From: a virus
Lineage: Duplodnaviria; Caudoviricetes
Direction: 5' to 3' (one strand)
Length of the DNA stretch: 56,409 bases
Virus record (IMG/VR): IMGVR_UViG_3300044681_000017
Location: 1 to 56,409 of that record
Both the position numbers and the translations under genes were made by a program. The first letter of the stretch is position 1. Every line of letters starts with the position of its first letter. Shown here piece by piece: positions 33,869 through 43,168 of the stretch. Under the pieces are notes generated by a model that ran no database searches, was not told the DNA's origin, and saw only the letters and a program-made list of their open reading frames with translations.

Positions 33869-36342
33869 GCAAAAAAGTCCTCTAGTGTAGCCTTGGGTTC
33901 CGCTGACCAACCCACCGCATCAAGGATGGGAGTGAGAGGATCAAGGAACGTCTTGTCGAACATGAGATCATAATCAATGTAACTATGAAGTCCCAGTTCC
34001 GGTGGAAGATTCAATGGGTAGGAGATTACATTCTCGGTTAGACGGTTAGGCATTTTGAGGTAGACGAACTTAATCTTCTCACCATTCTTGACCAGTTCGT
34101 ACTGCTTGGTTAGGTCACTTTCCTTGATAGACTTGTTATAACACAAAGCGCCACGTACATGGATAGGACACCCCTTCTTGTAGACGGTGTTACGATCAGA
34201 CCACTTGTCGATCTCCGACACCCCACGAGGGAACGAAACCTCTTCAACGGGAAGAGACCTGAATTGGGTCTTAAAGTCCCTAATAAAGGTCTGTGTGTCT
34301 GATTCGGAACCTTCTACGATGACCCGAAAGATTTCCTGAAACTTATCACGAACAACCTGAGGCGTACTAGACTTGACCGCTTCGATACCCATCATCTTGA
34401 GTTTTGGTTGAGCGTACTGGACACCCTCGTTGTTGTGGACGTTCAGGATGTAACGTTTCTTGGCCATCCAGATACCACGGTCTGCGATAACCTCACGGCC
34501 CATCTCCATACGGTTGTCATAGGCAGATGTCACCCGTGCAAGTTCCGCATAGGATTTCTCCAGAACCTTTTCGAAGTGTTCAGAACAAATCTTGTCAAGA
34601 AACTTAACAGGGTCTTTAGGACTGAACTTCTCAACCAGAGAGCTCATCCGAATGTACAGAGAGTCAGTGTCAATCGCAACAACGTAGTCTTCATCAGTCT
34701 GGAGGAGTTTGTTCATCTCCGCATTGACAGCACGTTCTGCCCACTTGATTGACAACTGACCAGCAAGAGTGATAGACTCTGCAACACGTTGGTCAAAGTA
34801 ACGGAACCAACGATTACCCAACGCACCATAGAGGGAGTTCATCAGAATCTTGATGGCCATCTGCTGGTTGTTCAGTGAGGTGATCTTGTTATCCAGTTCC
34901 CGTGTAGGATTGGTCTGGTATTCTTGTTGTAGTTTCAACATCTCCTTCTTGATCACACGGCGTTCATCATAGTACTTCTTAATGATACTAGGGATCACAC
35001 CCTCACGATCATGAGAGAACTTAATGCCTGTGGGGGCCAGTGAAAAGGGAACACCGATACCACCAACATTGGTGTCACCATTCAGGAAAGAGTCTACCGA
35101 CACGTCATTATAGAAACCGTCCATGACAGTTTCGGGCGACATGTTGTACTGCACAATGATGTTGGGGTACAGAGAGTTCAAGTCAAACGACACCACCCAA
35201 TCATGGGAACCAACCTGTGGGTCTTTCACGTAACCGCCAGGATATTGTGTCTTGACCTTCTCAACCTTCGGAGGTACTGCAACCTTCTGTTCGTTCAGAA
35301 TGCGGTAGATGATGGTGTCCCAGATATTGGTAGTACCCATAGTGTCATTGTAGTTCACACCACCACGATAGGCCATGGTGAGAACCAGAGAGATCAAGTC
35401 GAGTTTCTCGTCAAGTTTCTCTACGAGTTCAACGTCCTTGATGTTGTAGTCAATGAACTTCTGGAAGTCAGTCTTGTACAGGGCGTATAGTGTACCATGT
35501 TCTTCATACGAGAGTTTACCCTCACCCAATACAACCTGTGCGATATGGTCAAGGCGATAGGACTCCTGTTGTCCCAGTGTGTTGTAGGTGAACTTCTTGA
35601 AGACCTCTAGGTAGTCGAGTTGTTCGATACCCTCAAGATTGTATTCCTGAAGTTTCTTACCATTGATGGTAGGATTGCCCTCACGCACCAGACCCCAAGG
35701 CGACATCTTCTTAACCATGTCTTCACCAAGGAGCTTACCAATACGGTTGACCAGATACGGGATATCGAAGAACCGTGTGTTCCAACCCGTAACAATGTCA
35801 GGAGAAGTTCGGTGCCAGTGATCAACAAACTTCATGAGCAGTTGTGCTTCCGAAGCGCACTTCTCATAGATCACATCTTCGGATGCCTTGTAGTCGTACA
35901 GACCCCAGACCCGATACGGGCCTTTGGTGTTCTTGACGGTGATGGCGATGACGGGATAGTTTGCGGATTCTGGTTCAGGGAAACCCTCATCAGAAGCCAC
36001 CTCAATATCGATGGTGCAGACATCCACCCACTCACGGTTGAACGTGATAGGTGCGGGGAAATTCTCAGCGATGTACTGAGAGATGTAGTTGTTCATTCCA
36101 AAGATTTTGAAGTTGGGTACGTCTTCGTACCGCTTCTGGAATTCTGTGGCTTCCTTCATGGATTCGAACTTGATAGGTTCTACATGAGTGCCATCGATTC
36201 CACGCCAACCAGACTGTTTCTTGTCGGATTGGACATATAGGGTAGGTTCGAAGGGAACCCGCTTTTGAATTCGTTTACCGTTTGAGTCGTATCCACGGTG
36301 AAGGATGTTGTTGCCATAACGGACTACGGAAGTATAAAACAT
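33865..36342 (-). CDS. 43: Family B DNA polymerase (T4 gp43)
   Basis: DIE exonuclease [29 protein letters not shown]. Confidence 0.98.
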   Translation of the reverse strand: MFYTSVVRYGNNILHRGYDSNGKRIQKRVPFEPTLYVQSDKKQSGWRGIDGTHVEPIKFESMKEATEFQKRYEDVPNFKIFGMNNYISQYIAENFPAPITFNREWVDVCTIDIEVASDEGFPEPESANYPVIAITVKNTKGPYRVWGLYDYKASEDVIYEKCASEAQLLMKFVDHWHRTSPDIVTGWNTRFFDIPYLVNRIGKLLGEDMVKKMSPWGLVREGNPTINGKKLQEYNLEGIEQLDYLEVFKKFTYNTLGQQESYRLDHIAQVVLGEGKLSYEEHGTLYALYKTDFQKFIDYNIKDVELVEKLDEKLDLISLVLTMAYRGGVNYNDTMGTTNIWDTIIYRILNEQKVAVPPKVEKVKTQYPGGYVKDPQVGSHDWVVSFDLNSLYPNIIVQYNMSPETVMDGFYNDVSVDSFLNGDTNVGGIGVPFSLAPTGIKFSHDREGVIPSIIKKYYDERRVIKKEMLKLQQEYQTNPTRELDNKITSLNNQQMAIKILMNSLYGALGNRWFRYFDQRVAESITLAGQLSIKWAERAVNAEMNKLLQTDEDYVVAIDTDSLYIRMSSLVEKFSPKDPVKFLDKICSEHFEKVLEKSYAELARVTSAYDNRMEMGREVIADRGIWMAKKRYILNVHNNEGVQYAQPKLKMMGIEAVKSSTPQVVRDKFQEIFRVIVEGSESDTQTFIRDFKTQFRSLPVEEVSFPRGVSEIDKWSDRNTVYKKGCPIHVRGALCYNKSIKESDLTKQYELVKNGEKIKFVYLKMPNRLTENVISYPLNLPPELGLHSYIDYDLMFDKTFLDPLTPILDAVGWSAEPKATLEDFFA

Positions 36343-36385
36343 GGATATCCTTGTATCATGTATGAGTCATTTCACTGTAATATGC

Positions 36386-36414
36386 ATTATACATGAGTCA
36401 ACATGTACTGTCAA
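36386..36414 (-). promoter_or_regulatory. Consensus sigma70 promoter of gene 43
   Basis: TTGACA-17-TATAAT. Confidence 0.85.
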
Positions 36415-36416
36415 GC

Positions 36417-37217
36417 TTAATCCAACACCTTCATATAGTGGTGCCGAACCCAAGGTTGTTCTATCCACAGGTCTTTGTACCTATGGTGATCTTGAGTAAC
36501 CTTCAATCGTTTTGATACACACTGTGTGGTGGGTACGGGTACAGTATCCGGATGGAATCGTCTAGGGTTTGGTCTGTTATATGGCTGAAATACATCCTTA
36601 CCAAAGTACAGGGTATCACACTCATTCCAAGGATGGACTACAGTATTATCCATAAAGTCGATATTTCTCTTTCTTAAATAATGTTCTGTATAGTTCTTAA
36701 ACAACCGCTCCATTATACCATATGGGCCACCATTAATCCAGAACTTTTGATCGTGTAATAGAGAATACATCCACCCCGCACAATGTTTACTCATACTATA
36801 ACACCCCATGAACAAACCGATATTTGCATAGTGAATGTTCTTTCTTGTTATGTAATCAAGAAGATTCTTAAAGGTGTCGATGTGTTCTTCCAAGAGATAG
36901 GTGTCATGTTCCATGATCAGGAAACGTTCATCAGATTGACCCTGTAACTTCATGAGTTCCCAGTGAGAACACATGCCAGCCTTTTCTGTGGGAGAATGGT
37001 CTTCTACAGGTTTTCCCAAATCCATCAAAGCGAGGGAAGGTCTCCAGTCATACTTTGCAACATAGTCATCAAAGTCTGGATGTTGTGGTGTGATAGCGTC
37101 AAAGGTGTGAAACTCAAGAGTGCCGTCATCGATCAAAGGTTTAAACGACTCACGAGATATATCCATGTACTCTAATGATATTGGATTGTCGGTACAGACA
37201 ATTTGATATACTTTCAT
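36417..37217 (-). CDS. Glycosyltransferase family 25-like protein
   Basis: FDAITP...EKAGMCSHWELM...LIMEHD. Confidence 0.7.
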   Translation of the reverse strand: MKVYQIVCTDNPISLEYMDISRESFKPLIDDGTLEFHTFDAITPQHPDFDDYVAKYDWRPSLALMDLGKPVEDHSPTEKAGMCSHWELMKLQGQSDERFLIMEHDTYLLEEHIDTFKNLLDYITRKNIHYANIGLFMGCYSMSKHCAGWMYSLLHDQKFWINGGPYGIMERLFKNYTEHYLRKRNIDFMDNTVVHPWNECDTLYFGKDVFQPYNRPNPRRFHPDTVPVPTTQCVSKRLKVTQDHHRYKDLWIEQPWVRHHYMKVLD

Positions 37218-37227
37218 AATATTCCCC

Positions 37228-37255
37228 TAAAAACGGGGAGTTTCCCCCCCGCTTT
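37228..37255 (-). terminator. Rho-independent terminator after the hsp20 unit
   Basis: GCGGGGG-GAAA-CTCCCCG stem followed by TTTTT. Confidence 0.8.
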
Positions 37256-37257
37256 AT

Positions 37258-37353
37258 TTAGATCGATGCAAGACTATGTACCATTATTGACAAAAAGGCA
37301 ATAAAAAGTACACACAGTCCCGCAGATTCAAAGTATGAATCTAGGTTTTTCAT
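37258..37353 (-). CDS. 31-aa membrane peptide
   Basis: MKNLDSYFESAGLCVLFIAFLSIMVHSLASI with GAGG RBS, between hsp20 and the terminator. Confidence 0.5.
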   Translation of the reverse strand: MKNLDSYFESAGLCVLFIAFLSIMVHSLASI

Positions 37354-37373
37354 CAGTTTCCTCGTTAAAAAGA

Positions 37374-37796
37374 TTATTTGATATCGATTTTACGAGGTCT
37401 CTTCTCTTCGGGAAGTTCAAACTTCAACTGAACGGACAGGATTCCATCCTTCAAAGAAGCACCGTCAACAAAGACGTATTCGGATAGCCTAAACACTCTC
37501 TTGAACTTCTTCTGCGAGATACCTTTATGGATGTAAGTATGTTCTGTAGAGAACTCCTTATCGATCTCACCTTTGACGGTAAGAGTACGTTCATCCTGTT
37601 CGATCTCCAGATCGTTCATAGTGAACCCTGCAACTGCGATTTCGATGAGGTAATCGTTATCACTCACCTTCACAATATTATGTGGAGGATATGTATCAGT
37701 GGCATGTTTGGCAACCCAATCAAGTTCTTGAAACAGGTGGTCAAAACCCACAAACGAAGAGCGAGGGAAAAGTGTGTTTGCTTTAAGATTAGTCAT
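37374..37796 (-). CDS. hsp20: Small heat-shock protein (Hsp20/IbpA family)
   Basis: YPPHNI, IEIAVAGF, HKGIS, ASLKDGILSV, PRKIDI. Confidence 0.95.
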   Translation of the reverse strand: MTNLKANTLFPRSSFVGFDHLFQELDWVAKHATDTYPPHNIVKVSDNDYLIEIAVAGFTMNDLEIEQDERTLTVKGEIDKEFSTEHTYIHKGISQKKFKRVFRLSEYVFVDGASLKDGILSVQLKFELPEEKRPRKIDIK

Positions 37797-37804
37797 TTTG
37801 TTTT

Positions 37805-37855
37805 CTCCTTAATTAAAAGCAAGATTAAATGTGAACCAGATTATTCTGCATTCAC
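37805..37855 (-). promoter_or_regulatory. ROSE-type RNA thermometer in the hsp20 5' UTR
   Basis: CUUGCUU pairs with SD AAGGAG leaving a bulged G; upstream hairpin GUGAA...UUCAC. Confidence 0.7.
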
Positions 37856-37862
37856 GCACATA

Positions 37863-37892
37863 TATATACCATAAACGAACATGTTCTGTCAA
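37863..37892 (-). promoter_or_regulatory. Sigma70-like promoter of hsp20
   Basis: TTGACA-18-TATATA. Confidence 0.5.
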
Positions 37893-37908
37893 TAGTAGGA
37901 AAATTTTT

Positions 37909-38496
37909 ATGTTACCATTTCAGAGTGTCACCGTAACAGCTGACTCTGCATCATTAGTCATTCCGAATAGTACAATTCAGTATGAGCCAGGGTTTGTAGA
38001 AGTCTATGTGAATAACGAAAAATATTCCACCGATAACTGGACAGCAAACCAACTGAGTACAGATTCGGATCAGAGAATTACAATTACTGGACTAACATCT
38101 GGTGATGTTGTTAAGGTTCGATCAAAGTACGTCACGTGTACCGCAGACCCCCAAGTCACCTTTCCTAAATTGGGGCAGAGTATGCAAGTCATTGAAGAAG
38201 GCACTTCTTCTTCACCCCCTAAGTTGGGTTACGCCTCGGCCGGAATGATTGGTGTTCCGTATTACTTCGATGGGATCATCACAGAATATCAGAACGTGAA
38301 CTGCCCGCAAGGAAGTTATATCTCAGGCCCGACAGGTGGATCAGTGACGGGTGGGGGTTTCACTGCTGAGTCATTAACAACAGGAACAGTCTTGAAATTA
38401 GACAGTGATAATGGGGTTAGAATTCAAGCCCCTAATGGAACGACAGTAATTGTCAATGTCCCATTAGGGCATTCGCCTGGCGGTACTGGTTTCTAA
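37909..38496 (+). CDS. Thr/Gly/Ser-rich beta protein in inverted orientation, possibly structural
   Basis: Fills a gap with no minus-strand ORF; AGGA RBS before ATG 37909. Confidence 0.7.
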   Translation: MLPFQSVTVTADSASLVIPNSTIQYEPGFVEVYVNNEKYSTDNWTANQLSTDSDQRITITGLTSGDVVKVRSKYVTCTADPQVTFPKLGQSMQVIEEGTSSSPPKLGYASAGMIGVPYYFDGIITEYQNVNCPQGSYISGPTGGSVTGGGFTAESLTTGTVLKLDSDNGVRIQAPNGTTVIVNVPLGHSPGGTGF

Positions 38497-39032
38497 AAAT
38501 AGACTGAGGGATCAGGGTGACCTTCAACACCAAATGAGAAACTAACTCTACTCTTGCGAGGAATCACTTGATGGTGTGTTCCTCGTGGAAGCCAGACATA
38601 TGAGCCTGGTTCAAAGTCAAACTCTTCATCGTTGTTATGACCCTCTACCCTTAGACCGACAGTACCAATAACTTGTACTAAAAACACGTCCATAGAGTCT
38701 TTGTGCCAAGGGTAACTATCAGACTCTTTACCAAATCCGGTGAAAGCAATATTGGTAATATTCCGTTTATCTCCATGAAGAGAAAACACATCAGCCATTT
38801 CATTCACAATATCTCTTGCAAATTCTGGCGCTGAGTTCCTCATATGGAAACTGTTTAACCCAATTCTAAACTTCTTACTATTAGCGTCAATCAAACTATC
38901 GGGATGATGATCTAACAAATCCATATGTTGATTCCAGTCATAAGAATCAACAGTTCCTTCTGGAAGTTTTCCAAGAAATGGAGTCTTCGATGAGATATAC
39001 TCATCCCTATCATAAAATATATCAAAGTTCAT
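38493..39032 (-). CDS. JmjC/cupin oxygenase
   Basis: WHKDSMDVFLVQVIG...LPRGTHH. Confidence 0.8.
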   Translation of the reverse strand: MNFDIFYDRDEYISSKTPFLGKLPEGTVDSYDWNQHMDLLDHHPDSLIDANSKKFRIGLNSFHMRNSAPEFARDIVNEMADVFSLHGDKRNITNIAFTGFGKESDSYPWHKDSMDVFLVQVIGTVGLRVEGHNNDEEFDFEPGSYVWLPRGTHHQVIPRKSRVSFSFGVEGHPDPSVYF

Positions 39033-39442
39033 TACTTGTTACCGATATTGTATTTGGGACATAACTCCCATTCGTCCTTTTCCTTAAAGCCAATGATCTT
39101 GATTTGTCTCATGGGCGCACAATCATTTGCCACTTCACGGTTGTGGATATCGACAAGACCCCAGTCCTGAAGAAGAGTTGCGATAGTGTTTCTTCTTTGT
39201 ACGTCCGACAATTCAAGATTGGACTTTTTACCATCTAACATAAACAGTTCCTTGAAGTGTACGATGAAGTACCGTCCCTGTTTATGAAGAATGTGACACG
39301 ATTGGAATAACTTCTTTTCTTTACGAGAAGCTACACCAATACGGGTAAGTGTTTCTCTAACCTTCAAAAAGTCATCTGGTTCTGTCAGAGTGACTTCCAG
39401 CATCTTTGCTGGATTCCATTCAACTAATTTATTTTCTTCCAC
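39032..39442 (-). CDS. regA: Translational repressor RegA
   Basis: PDDFLKVRETLTRIG...QSCHILHKQG.YFIVHFKE. Confidence 0.97.
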   Translation of the reverse strand: MEENKLVEWNPAKMLEVTLTEPDDFLKVRETLTRIGVASRKEKKLFQSCHILHKQGRYFIVHFKELFMLDGKKSNLELSDVQRRNTIATLLQDWGLVDIHNREVANDCAPMRQIKIIGFKEKDEWELCPKYNIGNK

Positions 39443-39821
39443 CTTTATTCACCTTATTTTTTATAAATTCTAATTGTTGGGAAGAGAGAAGAGGGATTAC
39501 TTGGCGGGCCTTTTCATTGTTATACCCATAATACTCTTTTACTACTTCCACGTCATTTTCAACTGTGGGTTTGACCCACTTAGAGAAACGCTTGCGTTTC
39601 CTAACAATATTTATAAAAAACTCATATTGTAAACGGTTGTCAATGTGGTGGTGAATATTCATTGCATTTGCGACACCAACGGTGTCTTGGAAGTATGACA
39701 GACTACGATTGACCACAAACGGTACGTACAGTTTCTCTTCGTCTGCCCCTTCCATGAGGTTTTTCTTGTTAGTGTTGATACTATTCAAGAAATCAAATGG
39801 ACTAATTTTCTGTCCAGCCAT
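39429..39821 (-). CDS. 62: Clamp loader small subunit (T4 gp62)
   Basis: YVPFVVNRSLS...KRFSKW...VKEYYGY; directly upstream of regA. Confidence 0.92.
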   Translation of the reverse strand: MAGQKISPFDFLNSINTNKKNLMEGADEEKLYVPFVVNRSLSYFQDTVGVANAMNIHHHIDNRLQYEFFINIVRKRKRFSKWVKPTVENDVEVVKEYYGYNNEKARQVIPLLSSQQLEFIKNKVNKGGRK

Positions 39822-40563
39822 AATCATAATCCTCTTCGTAAATTCTAATTATACGCTTTTTCTGGTCTGTTGTCAAGGAGTCTACGCCACCAAACCATTG
39901 TCCGCTAGTTCGGTTAGAGTGAATCCTATCAATCTTTTTAGTAGCGTTCGTCTTTACTCTCAACCATTCCAACATAACACCAAAATTACTCATCTTGAAT
40001 ATCTTATCATATTGACCAATGGCCCCATGATAATATGTCTGTGTGAAGAAGTGACTGTTCTGAATGTCACCTTTCCAAACACCATCAATGATATCATCAA
40101 TATTATCAGGAAGTTGATCAACATCCGATAGACTCTCAAGCACCTTTAAATTTTCAGGAGTCAAGTCTTCGTCACGAGTCAACAGTTGTGCATTTTTAAC
40201 ATACTCCTGTTTAATATATTCACATGCTGACATGAATCGTTTAATAGGATCACGTGCAACAGCTACTCTAAACGAATTCTGTCTAAAGGGGAGTTCTGGT
40301 TTATATCCAAATTCTTTGACCTGATCTACTCGCCAATTCTTGGTGGCAATCAACATCGATTCGGGGTTATTGTTACTGGTTTCCACACCTTTGATATACA
40401 ACAAAGCCCATTTAATGGTGCTAATACCATTCTTGGGACATATTCTAAAATCAATATCATTCGGGAAATACAGAACGTTTTCGGTAGGCCCCATAGTACC
40501 CTTTAATCTTTTACGCAAAATCTTTCTGAGTTCTTCTTGATACACTTTACTGACATTGTTCAT
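39802..40563 (-). CDS. Sulfotransferase family protein
   Basis: ICPKNGISTIK, ARDPIKRFMS, HFFTQ, IYEED. Confidence 0.78.
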   Translation of the reverse strand: MNNVSKVYQEELRKILRKRLKGTMGPTENVLYFPNDIDFRICPKNGISTIKWALLYIKGVETSNNNPESMLIATKNWRVDQVKEFGYKPELPFRQNSFRVAVARDPIKRFMSACEYIKQEYVKNAQLLTRDEDLTPENLKVLESLSDVDQLPDNIDDIIDGVWKGDIQNSHFFTQTYYHGAIGQYDKIFKMSNFGVMLEWLRVKTNATKKIDRIHSNRTSGQWFGGVDSLTTDQKKRIIRIYEEDYDYGWTEN

Positions 40564-41054
40564 ATACGATCTATTCCTATACCACACTTTTGCAGAAAGC
40601 TAACACCTAACGTGCCTCTCGGATAGTCGTTTCTGTAATACACTTTGGAAATGCCGCTCTGGTAGATCAACTTGGCACAATCTAGACAGGGTGCTACTGT
40701 TGTATATAGTGTGGCACCCTCACAAGATTCGTTACTTCTTGCAACTTTTGCTATAGCATTTGTTTCTGCATGTAGGACTTCGGGTTTTGTTTTCAAACCA
40801 AATAGACCCTTAGAGTCCTTGAACGGAAACCTCTCTTTGATTTCCTGAGCAGACATACCCTCAGTGGTTTCTTTATTCACGTACAGATTGTCTTCACAAT
40901 TGTTATCCCACCCACTAGGCATACCATTATACCCAATGGAGATGATACGATTGTCTTTCACAATAACACACCCAACATGAAGTCTACGAGCAGAAGATAG
41001 TTCCGCATAGTTCTCGGCCGACTTCATGTGGGCCAAATCCCACTTACTCATCAT
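40560..41054 (-). CDS. dCMP deaminase
   Basis: GYNG, HAETNA, PCLDC. Confidence 0.93.
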   Translation of the reverse strand: MMSKWDLAHMKSAENYAELSSARRLHVGCVIVKDNRIISIGYNGMPSGWDNNCEDNLYVNKETTEGMSAQEIKERFPFKDSKGLFGLKTKPEVLHAETNAIAKVARSNESCEGATLYTTVAPCLDCAKLIYQSGISKVYYRNDYPRGTLGVSFLQKCGIGIDRI

Positions 41055-41253
41055 CTACTCCAAATTTAACATACTTGTACCAAACCCTCTCGTGGGCATA
41101 GTACAATACAAATTTCAACACTAGGTCTACAAAAAAGACTGCCCCGATTACAGAGGGAGGCAATCCAAAAAACCAAGCAATCATGGCGGTGACAGTACTA
41201 GCGACCATTCGCCACGTAACAGCTTTAATTAGATGACGTTTCTTCGATACCAT
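41044..41253 (-). CDS. DUF2061-like small membrane protein
   Basis: KAVTWR...YYAHERVW. Confidence 0.75.
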   Translation of the reverse strand: MVSKKRHLIKAVTWRMVASTVTAMIAWFFGLPPSVIGAVFFVDLVLKFVLYYAHERVWYKYVKFGVDDE

Positions 41254-41662
41254 TCAATCCCAGAGCCTCCCTAATCTTGGGTTTAAAATAAGTTTCGGGT
41301 TTCATCACCTTTCCCGTCTCAGGGTTCTTGATCAACATGCCATCCTGAACCTTACTCATGTTAGACTGGTAGACTGCTTCCCAAACTTTATAGAAGTCAA
41401 TACCCAGAGTACTTGACAGTCCCATGATAACCCACACCATGTCTGCGATACCGTCAGCGACTTCCACAACATCCTTGTTGTTGAACGCTTCCTTCGTTTC
41501 GTTAAACTCTTCCTCAATCAAATCCATATAGAGTTTGGACTGAGGTTCATCAAACATAATCTTGGGATCGTTTGGAATTTTATACCGCATAGGTTGTTGT
41601 GCGGCCATCATAAACACATCTACATCTTCTTGGGGACTAAACCCCTTTTCGTTCTTTTCCAT
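41225..41662 (-). CDS. MazG/PRA-PH-like NTP pyrophosphohydrolase
   Basis: LIEEEFNE...EVADGIAD...SNMSK...GKVMKP. Confidence 0.85.
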   Translation of the reverse strand: MEKNEKGFSPQEDVDVFMMAAQQPMRYKIPNDPKIMFDEPQSKLYMDLIEEEFNETKEAFNNKDVVEVADGIADMVWVIMGLSSTLGIDFYKVWEAVYQSNMSKVQDGMLIKNPETGKVMKPETYFKPKIREALGLNGIEETSSN

Positions 41663-41663
41663 A

Positions 41664-41825
41664 TCAGTTCCAATTATGAATAATACCAACTACAATAAAA
41701 ACATTAGTTACGATTGCCTGTAGGATGATAAACGTCCTTACCCATGCAACCGCATCAGCATCCTTGTTATTAGGACTGGCCTTTTCTCCCAGTGCCTTAA
41801 ACCAAATCCTTTTGATTCTCGTCAC
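41664..41825 (-). CDS. Small membrane protein (53 aa)
   Basis: Manual translation: GTG start overlapping the gp44 stop; WFKALGEKA...AWVRTFIILQAIVTNVFIVVGIIHNW. Confidence 0.6.
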   Translation of the reverse strand: MTRIKRIWFKALGEKASPNNKDADAVAWVRTFIILQAIVTNVFIVVGIIHNWN

Positions 41826-42760
41826 TTGATTTCAACTCCTGCCATAATCTCAGTCATACATGCGACTAGGTTAAGTTCGTGGTCTGCCACAAAAGCATTC
41901 TTGTATTGATAATCAGCAAGGATCAATACGAGTTGTGGGATCGAATGTGGTTGAACGTGTTCCCCCATCATGTCGTAGATACCACGGAAAACCGCAGCTG
42001 GTTCCACGTCCATATTGTTCACTACCCAAGAACGCATCTTCTTGAAGTCCTTGTCCTTGAGGGCCTTGAAAAGGATGTTGTAGTTATCATTCGCATCATT
42101 AATGAGAATAGATGTTTCCAACTGGCCAGAGATAGAGTGACGTTGAAGTTCATTCAGCACACGCCTCCAGTCTGGTGCATGACGCATGATAACCTGTGCA
42201 AGAGTGTCCTTGTTATGGGCAACACCTTCACCTTCAAGAATATGAATTGTACGTATGAAGAAATCCTCGCACAACTTGGAGAGAACTTTCTTGCTGAAGT
42301 TAAACTCGTAATTGGAACAACGAGAGTGCAGAGGTTCGATGACACGGTTCTTGAAGTTACATGTCAGGATAAACCGACAGTTACTAGAGAACTCTTCGAT
42401 GAACCCACGGAGAGCGGGTTGCGTAGATTGGGGATTGAGGTAGTCCGCCTCGTCAAGGATAACCACCTTGTAACCACCAGAGAGAGAAATGGACGAAGCG
42501 AACTGTTTGATCTTACCACGAAGGGTATCGATGTTGCCTTCTTCTGAACCGTTGACGATGATATAGTCAAGTCCCAGTTCATCACAGATAGCACGTGCAA
42601 CTGTTGTCTTACCAGTACCAGCCGTACCGGAGAACAACATATTAGGAATCTCACCACCATCCACAATCTTCTGGAATGTTTCCTTCAGTTCTTTAGGAAG
42701 GATGGTTTCACTAACTTTACGGGGACGGTATTTTTCCACCCACAAGAATTCATCACGCAT
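41822..42760 (-). CDS. 44: Clamp loader large subunit (T4 gp44)
   Basis: LWVEKYRP, GTAGTGKTT, ILDEAD, SRC. Confidence 0.97.
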   Translation of the reverse strand: MRDEFLWVEKYRPRKVSETILPKELKETFQKIVDGGEIPNMLFSGTAGTGKTTVARAICDELGLDYIIVNGSEEGNIDTLRGKIKQFASSISLSGGYKVVILDEADYLNPQSTQPALRGFIEEFSSNCRFILTCNFKNRVIEPLHSRCSNYEFNFSKKVLSKLCEDFFIRTIHILEGEGVAHNKDTLAQVIMRHAPDWRRVLNELQRHSISGQLETSILINDANDNYNILFKALKDKDFKKMRSWVVNNMDVEPAAVFRGIYDMMGEHVQPHSIPQLVLILADYQYKNAFVADHELNLVACMTEIMAGVEIK

Positions 42761-42782
42761 GTATGTTCCTCACATAATATAA

Positions 42783-42845
42783 AAGATACACATAATGTAC
42801 CATAAGATATACAAAGTATACTATAAGATACACTCATTGTCAATA
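42783..42845. repeat. Three imperfect 21-bp direct repeats
   Basis: AAGATAYAC cores at 42783, 42804 and 42825. Confidence 0.65.
42815..42843 (-). promoter_or_regulatory. Sigma70-type promoter of gene 44
   Basis: TTGACA-17-TATACT. Confidence 0.75.
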
Positions 42846-42846
42846 G

Positions 42847-42868
42847 AAAAAGGGGACTTTCGTCCCCC
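42847..42868 (-). terminator. Rho-independent terminator
   Basis: GGGGAC-GAAA-GTCCCC-TTTTT. Confidence 0.85.
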
Positions 42869-42871
42869 TAA

Positions 42872-43165
42872 TCAGTTTGTGAAATTCTGAGAGACTAACT
42901 TGTAGACTTCAGACTTCTTCATACTAGACTTAACTCCAACGATTTCACAATCCTTTGCGACTTCAAGAAGTTCAGCCTTAGTCATTTCATTGAGCGGTTT
43001 AGCCGGTAGGTCATAAGAAGGAACTTCATGAACTTCCTCTTCCTTCGGTTCTGTCCTAATACCAGCGTCATCCATAGGAACAACATTCGGGTTCTTGGTA
43101 ATTAAATAAACAAAAACCAAAAATCCTACTGCTGCTAAAAATGCAATTACAAACGTAGTTTCCAT
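42872..43165 (-). CDS. Membrane-anchored protein with Rho_N-like C-terminus
   Basis: N-terminal TM helix; LNEMTKAELLEVAK...SSMKKSEV. Confidence 0.7.
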   Translation of the reverse strand: METTFVIAFLAAVGFLVFVYLITKNPNVVPMDDAGIRTEPKEEEVHEVPSYDLPAKPLNEMTKAELLEVAKDCEIVGVKSSMKKSEVYKLVSQNFTN

Positions 43166-43168
43166 AAT

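Noticed and set aside
33865-36342. Introns, inteins or homing endonucleases in gp43, nrdA, gp41, gp46 or uvsW
   Set aside because: All are continuous ORFs of ordinary length with no intein or LAGLIDADG/HNH/GIY-YIG motifs seen.
37877-37886. GAACATGTTC palindrome in the hsp20 promoter spacer as an SOS box
   Set aside because: The spacing (GAAC-N2-GTTC) does not match known LexA boxes, and there is only one occurrence.
39608-39615. TATAAATA inside gene 62 as a late promoter for regA
   Set aside because: It is explained by the F-I-N-I codons, with no independent support. It cannot be fully excluded.
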